Source of the DNA: Batkoa obscura
Taxonomy: Eukaryota
Assembly (NCBI GenBank): GCA_030770535.1
Contig: JASVEC010000016.1
Location: 1 to 64,000, forward strand
Direction of reading: 5' to 3'
Length of the DNA stretch: 64,000 nucleotides
In this document: piece after piece, positions 1-12,859 of the stretch
Layout of the letters: each line of letters opens with the position of its first letter
Position numbering within the stretch: the stretch's first letter is position 1
The notes under the pieces: model-generated
Seen by the model: the letters and a program-made list of their open reading frames with translations, nothing else
Databases searched by the model: none
Told to the model about the DNA's origin: nothing
Program-made: the position numbers and the translations under genes

Positions 1-546
1 TTAACCCTAACCCTAACCCTAACCCTAACCCTAACCCTAACCCTAACCCTAACCCTAACCCTAACCCTAACCCTAACCCTAACCCTAACCCTAACCCTAA
101 CCCTAACCCTAACCCTAACCCTAACCCTAACCCTAACCCTAACCCTAACCCTAACCCTAACCCTAACCCTAACCCTAACCCTAACCCTAACCCTAACCCT
201 AACCCTAACCCTAACCCTAACCCTAACCCTAACCCTAACCCTAACCCTAACCCTAACCCTAACCCTAACCCTAACCCTAACCCTAACCCTAACCCTAACC
301 CTAACCCTAACCCTAACCCTAACCCTAACCCTAACCCTAACCCTAACCCTAACCCTAACCCTAACCCTAACCCTAACCCTAACCCTAACCCTAACCCTAA
401 CCCTAACCCTAACCCTAACCCTAACCCTAACCCTAACCCTAACCCTAACCCTAACCCTAACCCTAACCCTAACCCTAACCCTAACCCTAACCCTAACCCT
501 AACCCTAACCCTAACCCTAACCCTAACCCTAACCCTAACCCTAACC
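1..546. repeat. Telomeric repeat array (CCCTAA)n = (TTAGGG)n, ~91 units; chromosome end
   Basis: Uninterrupted CCCTAA tandem array from base 1 to 546, with the C-rich strand at the 5' end. Confidence 0.99.
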
Positions 547-585
547 ATTAAAAACTCCAATTGGAAACATAAGGCATAATTATAT

Positions 586-678
586 GGTATGTTTTTTTGA
601 TTTTATTACTTTTTATTTTTAAGCACTATTCGAGCGGAAACATTGTTGGTAAAATTTTAAGCAAAAAAATATATCTAC
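586..678 (+). mobile_element. ~97-bp MITE family, degenerate copy 40 bp from the telomere
   Basis: Matches the consensus core TTAAGCACTATTTGAGTGGAAAAATTGTTAGTAAAATTCTTAA; ends eroded. Confidence 0.8.
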
Positions 679-938
679 GTATGCTTTCAAAATTATTGAA
701 GTTTTTAATAAATATTAACAAATATCATTAAAATTATTTTATTTTGTAAGCTTCTAAAACTTTCTACATTTATATTGTTATTTTTAAAATGTTTCTTTTG
801 TTTCATCGTTTTTTTATTAAATATTATTTAAGTAAAAAAATATACTATTGCTTATTCAAAAACTAATATTGATAATAGTTTTAAATCAGTATATAACATT
901 GATTAAAACACTTGATACTCAAAGCTTAGTTACTTCAT

Positions 939-1036
939 GCAGATGCATTTTTTTGCTTAAGAAGTTTACTGATAGTTTTTCTGCTCAAATAGCGCTTAAA
1001 AATGAAAAAAGTAATGAAACCAAAAAAGGCATCCCC
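939..1036 (-). mobile_element. ~97-bp MITE copy
   Basis: Reverse-complement core (CTCAAATAGCGCTTAAAAATGAAAAAAGTAATGAAACC) ending in CATCCCC. Confidence 0.85.
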
Positions 1037-1093
1037 TTATGTTAATTATAGAAAGTTAAAAAATAAAAGAGGATGTTTAATAAAACTTGAAAT

Positions 1094-1814
1094 TGTGAAA
1101 TCTGGTGTTCAGTGATTGGAGTCAAAAATAGATATTGCCTGATCGACTACACTGTAAGTCGAAAGGTCTTAGTCTATATGACTAAGATAGATTTGACTTA
1201 TGAGGAAAAGCATGTAATAGGCTACGGGCTATGTAAGACAAATAGAATAGACAATACTAATGTGAAATCTACGTAAAATACTATCAAGAGAACTTAGTGG
1301 CTTTATTAAATGTTTGAGATATCAGGAAATAATTCAGTTGGAAAGCCTTGTGATAGTATTTTACGTAAATTTTACAGTAGTATTGTCCATTTTATTTATC
1401 TTACATAGTCCGTAGCCTATTACATGCTTTTCCTCATAAGTCAAATCTATCTTAGTCACATAAACTAAGACCTTTTGACTTACAGTGTAGTCAACCAGAC
1501 GAAGCTGTTTTTGATTCTAATCACTGAGCATCAGATTTCACAGTATTTTACGTACGTTTTGCATTAGTATTGGCTATTATATCTGTCTTACATAGTCTGT
1601 AACCTATTATTTGCTATTCTTTATAATTCAAGTCTACCTTAGTCACATAAACCAAGACCTTTCAATTTACGGCTAGCCAGCCAAGCAAGGACTACTTTTG
1701 ACTCCAACTATTAAGTACTAGGTTTTATAAATCCACGTAAAATACTATCAGAAAGGCCTAGTGGCTTTATTAAAGGTAGGAGATATCAAGGAATAATTCA
1801 GTTAAAAAGCCTCG
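1094..1814. repeat. Subtelomeric foldback/complex repeat: arm A 1094-1286, spacer B 1287-1350, inverted arm 1351-1542, second inverted arm 1543-1730, second spacer copy ~1751-1814
   Basis: For example GACTTATGAGGAAAAGCATGTAATAGGCTACGG is the reverse complement of CCGTAGCCTATTACATGCTTTTCCTCATAAGTC; the spacer motif TAGTGGCTTTATTAAA...GAGATATCA...AATAATTCAGTT occurs twice. Confidence 0.92.
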
Positions 1815-2005
1815 AGTTGCTATACTCTAGTCTCTTCTATACTCCAAAAAATATGGAGATCAAAATGAGAGGATAATGTTCTTTAAAATGAGGTTATAAA
1901 TTCTCATAGAAAATCAAAACAAGAGCATGGAATTGATTATACTAAACTCGGGAACACGACAGCTTGGGCGACTATTATGTTGTAATCAATCATGGAGCTG
2001 ACAAA

Positions 2006-2101
2006 GCGATATTTTACAGCTTTATCACTTTTTCCATTTTTTAAGCGCTATTTGAGCAGAAAAATTGGTAGTGAAATTCTTAAACACAAAAATGCATTCC
2101 C
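2006..2101 (+). mobile_element. ~97-bp MITE copy (5' end eroded)
   Basis: Consensus core plus AAACACAAAAATGCATTCCC end. Confidence 0.85.
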
Positions 2102-2656
2102 GTATATTATAGATTCTTTTTTTTTCATTTTTTATTTAAATTTTGAATTATCATACCTTTTATCAATAAGGTATGTATTTGTTGTTCTAAATTTTATGAT
2201 GTTTCTATTATCATTTTATTTTATTATTTTTAAATGCCAATATATTATTATTAAACTTCCTCAAAACTAAAAGACTATATAATTATTTATAAATTTATAT
2301 TCATTTTTACCATATAGTAAAGTTTTACTTAATCAAATGTTATAATGAATTTAAATTAAATATACATCAAGTAGTATGTCATTCTCAAACTTAACTTTGA
2401 AAACTGCGCTTTTTTATGATCAATTAATATTTTATTAGAACACTATCTAACTTAAAAACAAATATCATGACAAACCCACCTTAGAAACTTTTAGATTTTT
2501 ATAATTTTATACAATTTATAACTTGTTTTAATAAATTAGTAGATCGATACAAGTACACGTTAATCAGAAACATACCTTTGAAGTTGCAGACATATCTATT
2601 TATAAATATTTATAAACAAAACAATATCAAATACATTATAATCATAATCTCACAAA

Positions 2657-5600
2657 ATGGCAGTACTCGATTTTGAAATTAAAGAATATAGCAACGAACT
2701 ATCATATAAACAATTTACTAAGCCAATTATTAAAAGCTCAGTAGATGATAGAGAATATCGATATATCATATTAAACAATGACTTGACTGTATTATTAATT
2801 TCAGATCCAAATGGTGATAAAGCAGCCGCTTCTTTAGATATTCATGTTGGTTCACAGAATGATCCTGTTGAATTACCGGGTTTAGCTCATTTTTGTGAAC
2901 ATTTGTTATTTATGGGAACAGAAAAATACCTAAAAGAAAATGATTACTCAGAAGTAATAAAAATATTATAGTAAAATATAACTTAAGAAACTAACAATAT
3001 TTAAAGTATTTAGCTGAGAATGCTGGTTATTCTAACGCTTATACTTCTTATGATCATACCAACTATTACTTTGAAGTAGGCCCAAATCACCTCGAAGGTG
3101 CTTTAGATAGGTAATTAAGGATATTTGATTTTGAAACAATAATAATTATGAATTGAATAGATTCTCTCAATTCTTTACTTCTTCACTTTTTAGTCCAAGC
3201 TGTACTGAAAGAGAAATCAAAGCGGTAGATTCAGGTATTTCATCTTTATAAAAATGAGATAAAATAATAAGTTGTATAATTAGAGAATAAAAAGAATTTG
3301 CAGGAAGATGATTGGAGACTATTACAACTATATAAATCATTTAGTAAAAAAGACCATCCATATTCTCGTTTTGCTACAGGTAATTGTCACAAAGATATAA
3401 TATTTTATAAATATATCGTTTATGCTGTTACTAGGTAACTTGGATACTTTACTCGAAGAACCAAAATCAAAAGGAATTGATACAAGAGAAGAGTTATTAA
3501 AGTTTTATAATAAATTTTATTCATCAAATATCATGAAACTCGTTGTAAGTGGAAAAGGTAATCAAATAATATAATATAATATTTTAATGATAAATACTAA
3601 TTTTATTAAGAATCCCTTGATAAATTAACTGAATGGGTAATTCCTCGTTTCTCATTAGTTAGAAATCTCAATATTGAGCCACCAATTCATTTTGATTCTC
3701 CAACCCCGAAAGAACACTTCAATGTAATTTAAATTTATTATCATTATATTAATTTATTCATGAATATTTGTTAGTCTAGAATTTATGTTGTCCCAGTCAA
3801 GGATGCTCGTAGCCTTCAATTGAATTTTGAAATTCCACCCCAAACAAAATTATTTGATTCAAAGGTATTTAATTTAATACATCTATTACTTAAAACTTTG
3901 TATAACAACTTCTTTTTAGCCTACAAATATTTTATCGCAGCTTATTGGCCATGAAGGTCCAGGCTCCATTCTGTCTTTATTGAAAGAAAAAGGATGGGCT
4001 ATTTCTCTAGAAGCTGGTGCCGTAGAAGACAATCCTGCATTTTGTTTTTTTGCAATTTCAATCGAAGTAACTTCAATCGGTTTAGGTACTTAAATGTTTG
4101 AATTTATGTTATATAACTAATTGTAAAAGAAAATACGGATGATATTGTTTTAATAGTATTCCAATATATTCATCTATTGTTAAAAGAAGGCGTTAGTAGA
4201 ACTTATTTTGATGAAGTAAGTTATTTTTCATAGATTTTATGCTTATTAATTATTTTCTAGCTTAAATCTATTGAAGACGCAGAATTCAAATTTAGAGAGA
4301 ATTTTAATGTATCATCTTATGTTTCTCTACTTTCAAGTATTCTTCATTCAGATTGTTCTCCTCATGAAATTTTATATACACCTTTTGTTTTAAAGAAATA
4401 TGATCCAAAGTTAATAATGGAAACCCTTTCTTATATTAATCCAGATCGCTTGGTGTAAGTATAATTTTATATGATCATATTATTTTTAACATTTTAGTAT
4501 GCTTTTGGTTTCAAAATCATTTCAAGAAAGAAATGATTTAGTTAAAGAAAGATGGTATGGGACAGAATATGCTATTGAAAGGATTTCACAAACCTATATA
4601 AACGTAATGTTTATTTATAACTTTAACTTTAATTATTTAATTTTGTAAAATAGGGTTTAAAAACAGCTGAGATTAACTCCAAACTTCATTTACCAAAGCC
4701 AAATCTGTTTATACCTACTAATTTTGGATTATCAAAGCTTAATGGTATAGCTAAAAAGGTAGTATATTATTTAAAGTAATTAGTTTAACTTATATTTTGT
4801 AAGAACCCAATACTTTTGGTTAATGATAAAAAAGGGAGCTTATGGTATAGTAGAAGTGAATTCAATGTTCCAAAATCATCCATTTTTTTGGTTTTAAGGA
4901 ATCCTTTTTGTTATGCATCACCACGTCATTTTAGCTACCTAGAACTCATAAAGGATATTCTAATTGAGAATTTAAATGAAATCACGTATGATGCCCATTT
5001 AGCAGGCTTATCCTATTCGATTCATACTACCTACAATGAATTAAATATCACAGTACATGGGTTTAATGATAAAATGGAAACACTGTTGCTAGAAATATTA
5101 AATAACATTATAAAGTTCAAAATAGACGACGTGATATTTAACAATTGTAAAGAAAAGGTAATAAAATTAAGACAAATTTACATGAATTAAAACAAGTTGT
5201 TATTAAATAGTATTTAAGAGAGCTCCAAAATGCAAAGATGAACCCACCTAATGCTCTTGCAAGTTATCAACTTACATGCTTATTACTTGAGAAAGTGTGG
5301 AGTAGCGAAGACAAAGAAAAAGAAGTACCAAGTAAAAAATTTATCGATTGTAATTATGAAACTAATTTTTTAAGCAATTACATCGGATGAATTGATGAAG
5401 TTTTCTAACGAATTTTTTTCTCGTGCTTATGTTACCTCATATATCAATGGAAACTTTAATCATAAGGTAGTAAAGTAGTAGCCATTGTTTTATATAAATT
5501 TAGTTTATTTTTATAGGAATCGATCAAAATTTACAATGATATAATGGCCCTATTTGATTTTAAACAGCTTTATCCTGCTGAAATGATCTCAAGAAGAAAC

Positions 5601-6452
5601 GTAGTACTCCCGGGACCAAATTGCTCTTATGTTTATCAAAAGAAAGTTCCAAATCCAGAAACAACTGATTCATCAATAGAATTTTATCTTGATATATATA
5701 CCTATAATGATTTAAAAAAAAGAGTCTATTCTCAATTTTTAGGGTACATTATTAGTGAGCCAGCTTTTAATCAACTACGTACTGTCGAACAATTAGGTTA
5801 TATTGTGTATGGTGGAGCAGCTTCAGAATATTCTGTAGGCGGTATCAGTTTTACCATTCAAAGTGAATTTAATCCTATTTATCTTGAATCAAGGATCGAG
5901 GCCTTTTTGGATAAATATCTGGTAAAATTAGCACACTGACATTTATATTTAATACTAAACCATTTATTTTAGAATTTATTAGAGAACTATACTGATGAAG
6001 AGTTTCAAAATAAAGTACAAGCATTCATTACTATTAAGCTTAAAAAGGATGATAATATATTTGAATTTGCCTATAGTAAGTGGGCTCCAATTGATTCAGG
6101 TTTTTATGATTTTGATGAAGGTAATTCTATAAAAACAAGATTATAATATTATGCTAAGCAACATCTTTATTTAATAGCTGAATCTGCCGTTTCTATTTTA
6201 CGTAATATTACTAAAGATAATATGATTGGCTTTTTCAAAAAGTACGCTATTCGTGGATCTTCTAATAGACGTAAATTATCAGTACATATGGTTTCTCAAA
6301 TTACAAAAGAAAATGATGAGAAGCTTGAAAACAACTTTACCTTAAATGATTGCGGGCAACTTATTGATGATATTGTTGATTTCAAAGCCTCAAACAAACT
6401 TTATATACCCCCATTTCCACAAGCATCCATACCTTTATGGCGTGAAGAATAA
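2657..6452 (+). CDS. STE23: Insulysin / insulin-degrading enzyme (peptidase M16A, Ste23-like), copy 1, ~18 exons
   Basis: [18 protein letters not shown] (HxxEH zinc motif), [10 protein letters not shown] across a splice junction, [14 protein letters not shown]; ~50-bp GT-AG introns link the ORF fragments. Confidence 0.93.
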
Positions 6453-6788
6453 CGAATAAACTTATTGATTTGGAAATTAGAGCTAGCTAATGTTTAAAAA
6501 ATAAAGTAATAAATTAAAATAAATAACACAACTACTAAGTTTAATTTAGATCGTTCTTACAATACCCATTTATGTAATTTAAAAACATATGGCTTTATAA
6601 TATAATATAAAAGGCTAATTTATTCTATTATTAAAAGTGCCTATATGTTATACAATGCTTAAAATAATTCCATATTATTTATCTTTATAACTTACAATAT
6701 GAGTCATATAAGCATTTCTCATACATTCACAAATATAATTAAATCCTTAAAATCATCTAATGCACCTTGGTGCTATTTATATTTATAT

Positions 6789-6886
6789 GGTAATATTTTT
6801 TTTGGTTTCATACTTTTTCCATTTTAAAAGCACTATTTGAGTAGAAAAATTGTTGATAAAATTCTTAAATACAAAAATACATCCCC
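6789..6886 (+). mobile_element. ~97-bp MITE copy
   Basis: Full-length core, CATCCCC end; flanks ATAT/ATTT. Confidence 0.9.
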
Positions 6887-7196
6887 ATTTATTGTTTTAA
6901 AAGTGACATATTATAAAAATCCGCGATAGCAACAGCAGATAGATTTTTTAAACTTATAAAAGATGAAATTGCATTAACATTTTAAAAATAAACTAAATTG
7001 TATTAAATTATCATATGGGTGATTTTTTATTATATTAATAGATTACCAGAAAATTTATTATATGTGAATATCTAAATTGGTTTCATTTTATCTAATTTTT
7101 GAACACTTTATATTAAAAACTGCCCAAAATTCTATAAAAGTAGTTTTTTTTATTAAGCAAAAGTATCCAACACAGCTTTAAATTATTTTATCATAT

Positions 7197-7293
7197 GGGA
7201 GTGTTTTTTTTGGTTTCATACTTTTTCCATTTTTAAGCACTATTTGAGTGGAAAAGCTATTAATAAAATCCTTAAACACAAAAATACATCTCC
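7197..7293 (+). mobile_element. ~97-bp MITE copy
   Basis: GGGAGTG...CATCTCC termini, ATAT target duplication. Confidence 0.92.
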
Positions 7294-7530
7294 ATATTTT
7301 ATATTGTAAGTTAGCTAAATTTCTAACAAATTTAGTAGAAATTTGCAGATTAGCAGAGATTTTATTGATATAACCTATATATTGATATTAATGGAAGTTT
7401 TAGTATACAAATAAGTGCATATTCTTATAAAATCCCATTGAAAAATATTTACTATTGACTGTTTATAAATAATGTTGCAAATTTGCTATCTAAATAAATT
7501 ACTTTAATGTTATGATCACAGTGTTGATGT

Positions 7531-7678
7531 ATTACTAAGTTGATAAATAGCTGGATAGGAGAGAGTGGTTAGCCCCGAAACTATAATCAATCATCTCTAC
7601 GTAATATAAGCAATATAATAATAATTTTTATTTATTATTACAACTGTTTACTTTTTAATTATTTATCAACTTAGTAAT
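7531..7678. repeat. Perfect 19-bp inverted repeat pair ~110 bp apart (possible relic of another MITE)
   Basis: ATTACTAAGTTGATAAATA (7531-7549) and TATTTATCAACTTAGTAAT (7660-7678). Confidence 0.6.
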
Positions 7679-8315
7679 TTAAATAATATCAACATTTAAC
7701 AGTTCATTTTTATTATTTAATAAAGTATTTAGTAAATTTTTAAAATTTCTGTTATTTTCTTAAAATAAGCTGGAGCTAATTTCAATTTTTTTATTTTCTT
7801 AGACTTTATAACTCTAATTAATTTTTTGCTTTTTTCTAACTTATCAGATATTAGATAACAATGTAGTTTGTTATTATATTTAATAAAATGTAAATATTTT
7901 TTAGTATCTTATTTTTCTAATACCATCCCTGTATCTTTGTCTCTTTTATATTTTTCAAAAATTATATCCGTTTTCCTATTATTAATAATTGAGTTATTGT
8001 TTTATTATTTTTATTATTTTCATAAATAAAAATCTTAATTTTTAAAAATAATTAATGTTTTTTATTCTAATTGATGCTTTAAAACTATTTTTCCATTATA
8101 AAAAATTCAAAATGTCTATCAACTATATTTTTTCTGTAATGGTTAGCAAAAAAATCAAATTTAAATTTGGGCTACTATTTTACAATTTTTTAAATATATG
8201 ATGTAAAAACTTTTAGGATTCAAAATAGTTTTCTTATCTGCCTACATATTGATTTTTATAAACTTTTTGAATAAAAGCTCTTTAAATGCTAAATTAACCA
8301 AAGTTTTCTGCACAT

Positions 8316-8513
8316 GAGAATATATTTTTTTTGTTTAAGGGCTTTACTAACAATTTTTCCACTCAAACAGCACTTAAAAAATGGTAAAAGCAATGAAATA
8401 AAAAAACATCATTATATGGGGATATATTGTGTTTAAGAATTTTTCTCATAATTTTTCCACTCAAATAGCGCTTAAAACATGGAAAAAGTAATGAAGCCAA
8501 AAAAAACATCACC
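8316..8513 (-). mobile_element. Two head-to-tail MITE copies (8316-8413, 8418-8513) separated by ATAT
   Basis: Two consecutive reverse-complement cores. Confidence 0.9.
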
Positions 8514-8715
8514 AAATGTTACATCTTTTTACATAATTATTTAAAATATTATAATTACTAAACCTAAGTTATATATATTTAGTTTTTATCCAATTACTTA
8601 AATTTTTTATAATATATTATTTATAGTCTAGAGGCATGCTTTAGTCAATTTTACCATTGTTTTTTAATTTGTTTTTTTCCAGTTTTTTTTATTAAAATTA
8701 AAAGCTTTAATATAT

Positions 8716-8812
8716 GGGGATGTTTTTTTGATTTATTACTTTTATATTTTTTTAAGCGCTATTTGAATGGAAAAATTGTTAGTAAAATTCTTAAACACAA
8801 AAATACATCCCC
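8716..8812 (+). mobile_element. ~97-bp MITE copy, near consensus
   Basis: GGGGATGT...ACATCCCC terminal inverted repeats, ATAT target duplication. Confidence 0.95.
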
Positions 8813-9316
8813 ATATCTTGTATAGCATTTTTTCCCTTTATTATAAATAACATCATGTATATATCCTTTATTAACTGTAACCTGTCTCCTTTGATTTTCT
8901 TTATAATAACGATTTAAGGGTACTTTTTTCTGGAATAGACTTTAATTGCATTGTTCATGATTTCAAGGAAAACTTGTAGCATCTAAAAAATAGTTAATTT
9001 TAAAAAAAGATTATAAAATTTGAGGTTTTTTTATATTATTATTAATTTCCAATTCAATTTCCTTTTCTCAATCATTATTAATTGCTTGAAATTGTCTAAA
9101 AATTATTAGTATTTCTCTATATAAAAAATAAAATATATACCCCTGTATATTTAGTTTAAATCCTCTACATTTAACAATATTATTAACATCATAAAGTTCT
9201 TTTTTATTAAAGCTTTATTTTTTATTTCATTATAGGTTTCGCTCTTAGCCAGAGCAATATACAAACCAATGGTTAATTTTACTATATTATAATTTTAAGC
9301 AGATATGTTTGACTTT

Positions 9317-11858
9317 TTAAACACCGCCACCAGATCTTGTTGTAGAAAATTTGTTAAGAGGGGTTAATGGAATATTAGAGCTTGAGTTTTGAGGGGCCTT
9401 GATGTATGAAAGGACTTCTAAAAATTCGTAAAATTCTACAGAGCCTAGCTTATTTATATTGGCCTTATTTATAACTTGTTCTAATTGAGATGGTGTTAAA
9501 GTGGAAAACCCAGAATGTTCTAATACCTTTGAAAGATCTTTATAATCTATATGACCGTCCTTATCACTATCATGCTTAGAAAAGGCTTCACGATAGACAG
9601 ATAATTCTTTTGGTGTAAAATTTCCTCTTGAATAAGATGGAGTCAAACCATTTAACCCTTCAGCATTTTGGGTGGCTTCATCCTTATTTAATCCCATAGT
9701 AGTAAGGAATTTCAAAGCATTATCATATTCTTTGTTTTGTCTGCTCTTATCCCAATTTAATTCAGCACTCATTATACTAATTACCCTTGGCAATGCCTCT
9801 TTAGCGGCATGAGAATTCAAGAAAGATAAACGCGTACGACGAGCTAAAACATCTACTGCAGTGCATGCATATTCATTTTTAACGGCGTAACGTACTTCTG
9901 CTTCAAGATAAGGATAAGATGGTGACAATTTTGTGCCAAATAATGGCCAACGTTGCCCAGTAACTTCGCAATGAGAAGCAACACCCCATGCTCTATCACC
10001 ATAATTGGTTGCTAAATGTTTAGCAACATCTGTTTCCAAACCAAAATGCTGTATAAGTTTGATATACATATTTTTTGAATATCCGTGAGCTCCAATTAAT
10101 TTCAAAGATTCAGTTGCACATGCATTATTAGGTTTAAGGTTAAATATTTCAACTGCTTTATCTACAGTTTCCTCAGCCATAGCACGATAAGTTGTCCATT
10201 TTCCACCAGCAATAGTGATAAGTTTATTTTTAGATACATTAATCATATGATTACGTACTAATCCTTCAGTACTCTTAGCTGATGGGTCTCTTACTAATGG
10301 TCGAATACCAGACCAAGCCGATAAGACATCACCACGACGTACATTAATATCTACAATGGATTAAAATTAACCTTTTTTTAGAGCTTTAATATTACCTGAG
10401 CTTAAATAACGACGAATTTCATCAAGGATCCATTCAATTTCTTGCTCTTCTGGAATTGGCTCACTAGTAACTGTTGTAGGGGTATCGGTTGTTCCTGCTA
10501 CGACATTACCTTCCCATGGCAAGAAAAAGATTACTCTACCATCTGAAGTTGATGGGTCAAGCATACCCATAGATGAAGGACTGTAATAGTTTGGTAAAAC
10601 AATATGTACTCCTGCACTAGGTGCTACTATCTCTTTTGATTCTTTTTCATCCATCTTTCTGAGGCCATCTATTTTAATTGTCAATTTTCATAATTGTTAT
10701 TTTTTTTTAAAATACCTGTAAATGGACCAGTTGCATTAATAACGCCCTAAAAAATCAATATCACTTTATTTACTAGTTAACTATATCTTTTACCTTAGCT
10801 TTAATTGAATATTCTTCACCAGTTAGAACATCCTTAACTTTTGCTCCACGAACAACATCTCCACTCTCGTCTTTTTCTTTAATTAATTCTATAACTTCAG
10901 TGTGATTTACTGAAACTGCACCTTGGAATACAGCAGTAAGAATCAAAGAAATATTCATTCTTGAATCATTATGTTGTCCTAACAAATTAATTTAAACTAT
11001 ATTTCGTTAATCCTGAATATATATTTACCATCATAATAAACCATAGAACCTACAAGTTCATCTTTTTTCAACATTGGGAATGATTCAAGTGTTTTTTTTC
11101 TAGACATGAAATAACTACTTTGAAGTCCTTCACCACCAGCTAGTACATCATATACTTTAGAACCAGCCCAGAAATAAGGTACTTGCCACCATCTATAAAT
11201 TAATAACTGTATTTTAGAAACAAATAAAAGTTTACTTATAAATTGGCAACATGATAGGTAATTGTGATGAGAGATGTGGCGCAGTATGTAAGAAGATAGA
11301 TCTTTCATGAAGAGCTTCAACTACAAGTTTGTATTGCTCATAATCTAAGTTCCTAAATGCTTTTTCCAGATAACGAACTCCTCCGTGTACTAATTTGGTT
11401 GATTTTGACGAAGTTCCTTAATCGAACATGAACAAAACATAGTATAAAAATATAAAAAAAGTACCTGAAGAGTAATCATCTCTTTCAACTAAACCAACTT
11501 TTAAGCCTCTTGATGCAGCATCTAAAGCTATACCTGCACCAGTTGCACCACCTCCAACAATTAATAAATCAAACTCTTGACTCTGATCTTTTGAGCTGAC
11601 TTTAAGTTTTTCAATCATTTCCTCACGAGAAGGAGGGGTCCAAAAGGTATGTATTCCTTCAGGTTCATTTGAGGAGTCTAAAGAGATGGCACCTTGTGGT
11701 CTTTTAAGGATAGGGTGGTCAGGTGAAAGCTGATATGGTTTTTTTTGTGAATTGTTTTTTTGATAGCTAATATAAGCTGTAGCACCAGTTACAGCTACAA
11801 TAGAAGTTATTGCAATAGGCTTGATAGGGATTTTACCCTTTAATAGTCTCCAAGACAT
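9317..11858 (-). CDS. GUT2: Mitochondrial FAD-dependent glycerol-3-phosphate dehydrogenase with C-terminal EF-hands, multi-exon
   Basis: [71 protein letters not shown]-hand [12 protein letters not shown]. Confidence 0.96.
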
Positions 11859-12623
11859 TTGTTTAATTTTTTGAAATTGAAAAATGGTGATTAAAAAATA
11901 TTCCAGTTATTTTTATACTTTTAATTTGGTAGCTATTGCATCGAGGTTTTTTTATTTTTATTTTTTATTTTTATTCTTTAAAATTGCTCAATCATTTAGT
12001 TTGTTTAAACGAAGTCACTTTTTTATCTTATCTTATGTTAGCCTTATTCTCTAATAGGGCTAAGGTTTTTTTATTTCCAATAAAAATTACATGAATTTAA
12101 CGTAGATTAAATCCGGATATTCCACAATATAGACACTAAAGATTGTATTAAACTAATGCGGAAAAACATCAAATAATTACATAAAACTAAGAATATTTAA
12201 TAAAACTATTATAAATAATCACTGCTATTAAGATATATTTGAGCCTATACTATTTTTATTAAAAATATATGTTATTTTAATATATTGATTAATATATTGT
12301 GTACAATAAACATAAAAGTGTATATAGATATAAAGAATAGATATATATATTGTATTAAGTAATTAACTAATAATAGAAGCCAATTCTGCTATCGTTATTG
12401 TAACTCAGTTTTATACACAATTTTAATAAATTATATACAGTTATTAAGTTTTCCAAATATTCTATTTTTGCGCAGCTTTGAAAAAAATTGTTTTATTAGT
12501 TAGTGGATATAAAATCAAATTTATAAAATTTAACCATTTAAACTTGACTTTAAACGTTTTAACTCTGTATATTATGGCACATGTCAAATTATTTTCAACA
12601 CTCCGCAAAATATATAACATACG

Positions 12624-12816
12624 AAGTTATCTTTTGATTTTATTACTTTCTTATTTTTTTAAGCGCTATTGAGCAAAAAAGATAGTAAAATCCTTAAAAA
12701 AGATATGGGGATGTATTTTTGTGTTTAAGGATTTTACTAATAATTTTTCTGCTCAAATGGTGCTTAAAAGGTGGAAAAAGTAAGGAAACCAAAAAAAATA
12801 TCCCCATATCCTCCCT
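12624..12816. mobile_element. MITE copy (- strand, 12707-12805) nested in the right end of an older + strand copy
   Basis: Inner GGGGATG...TATCCCC flanked by ATAT/ATAT; the outer copy resumes with CCTCCC after the duplication. Confidence 0.85.
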
Positions 12817-12859
12817 GTATGAATATTATTATTATAACCCACCTACTAGTAAAACTAAT

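Noticed and set aside
848..2270. ORFs 848-1045 and 1992-2270 (also 12478-12672 and 20096-20305) sharing FFKRYLS-like peptides
   Set aside because: They are translations of MITE copies, not a protein family
7700..9130. Coding-like patches on the minus strand (possible pseudogene)
   Set aside because: Frequent stops and no recognisable motif; cannot be supported
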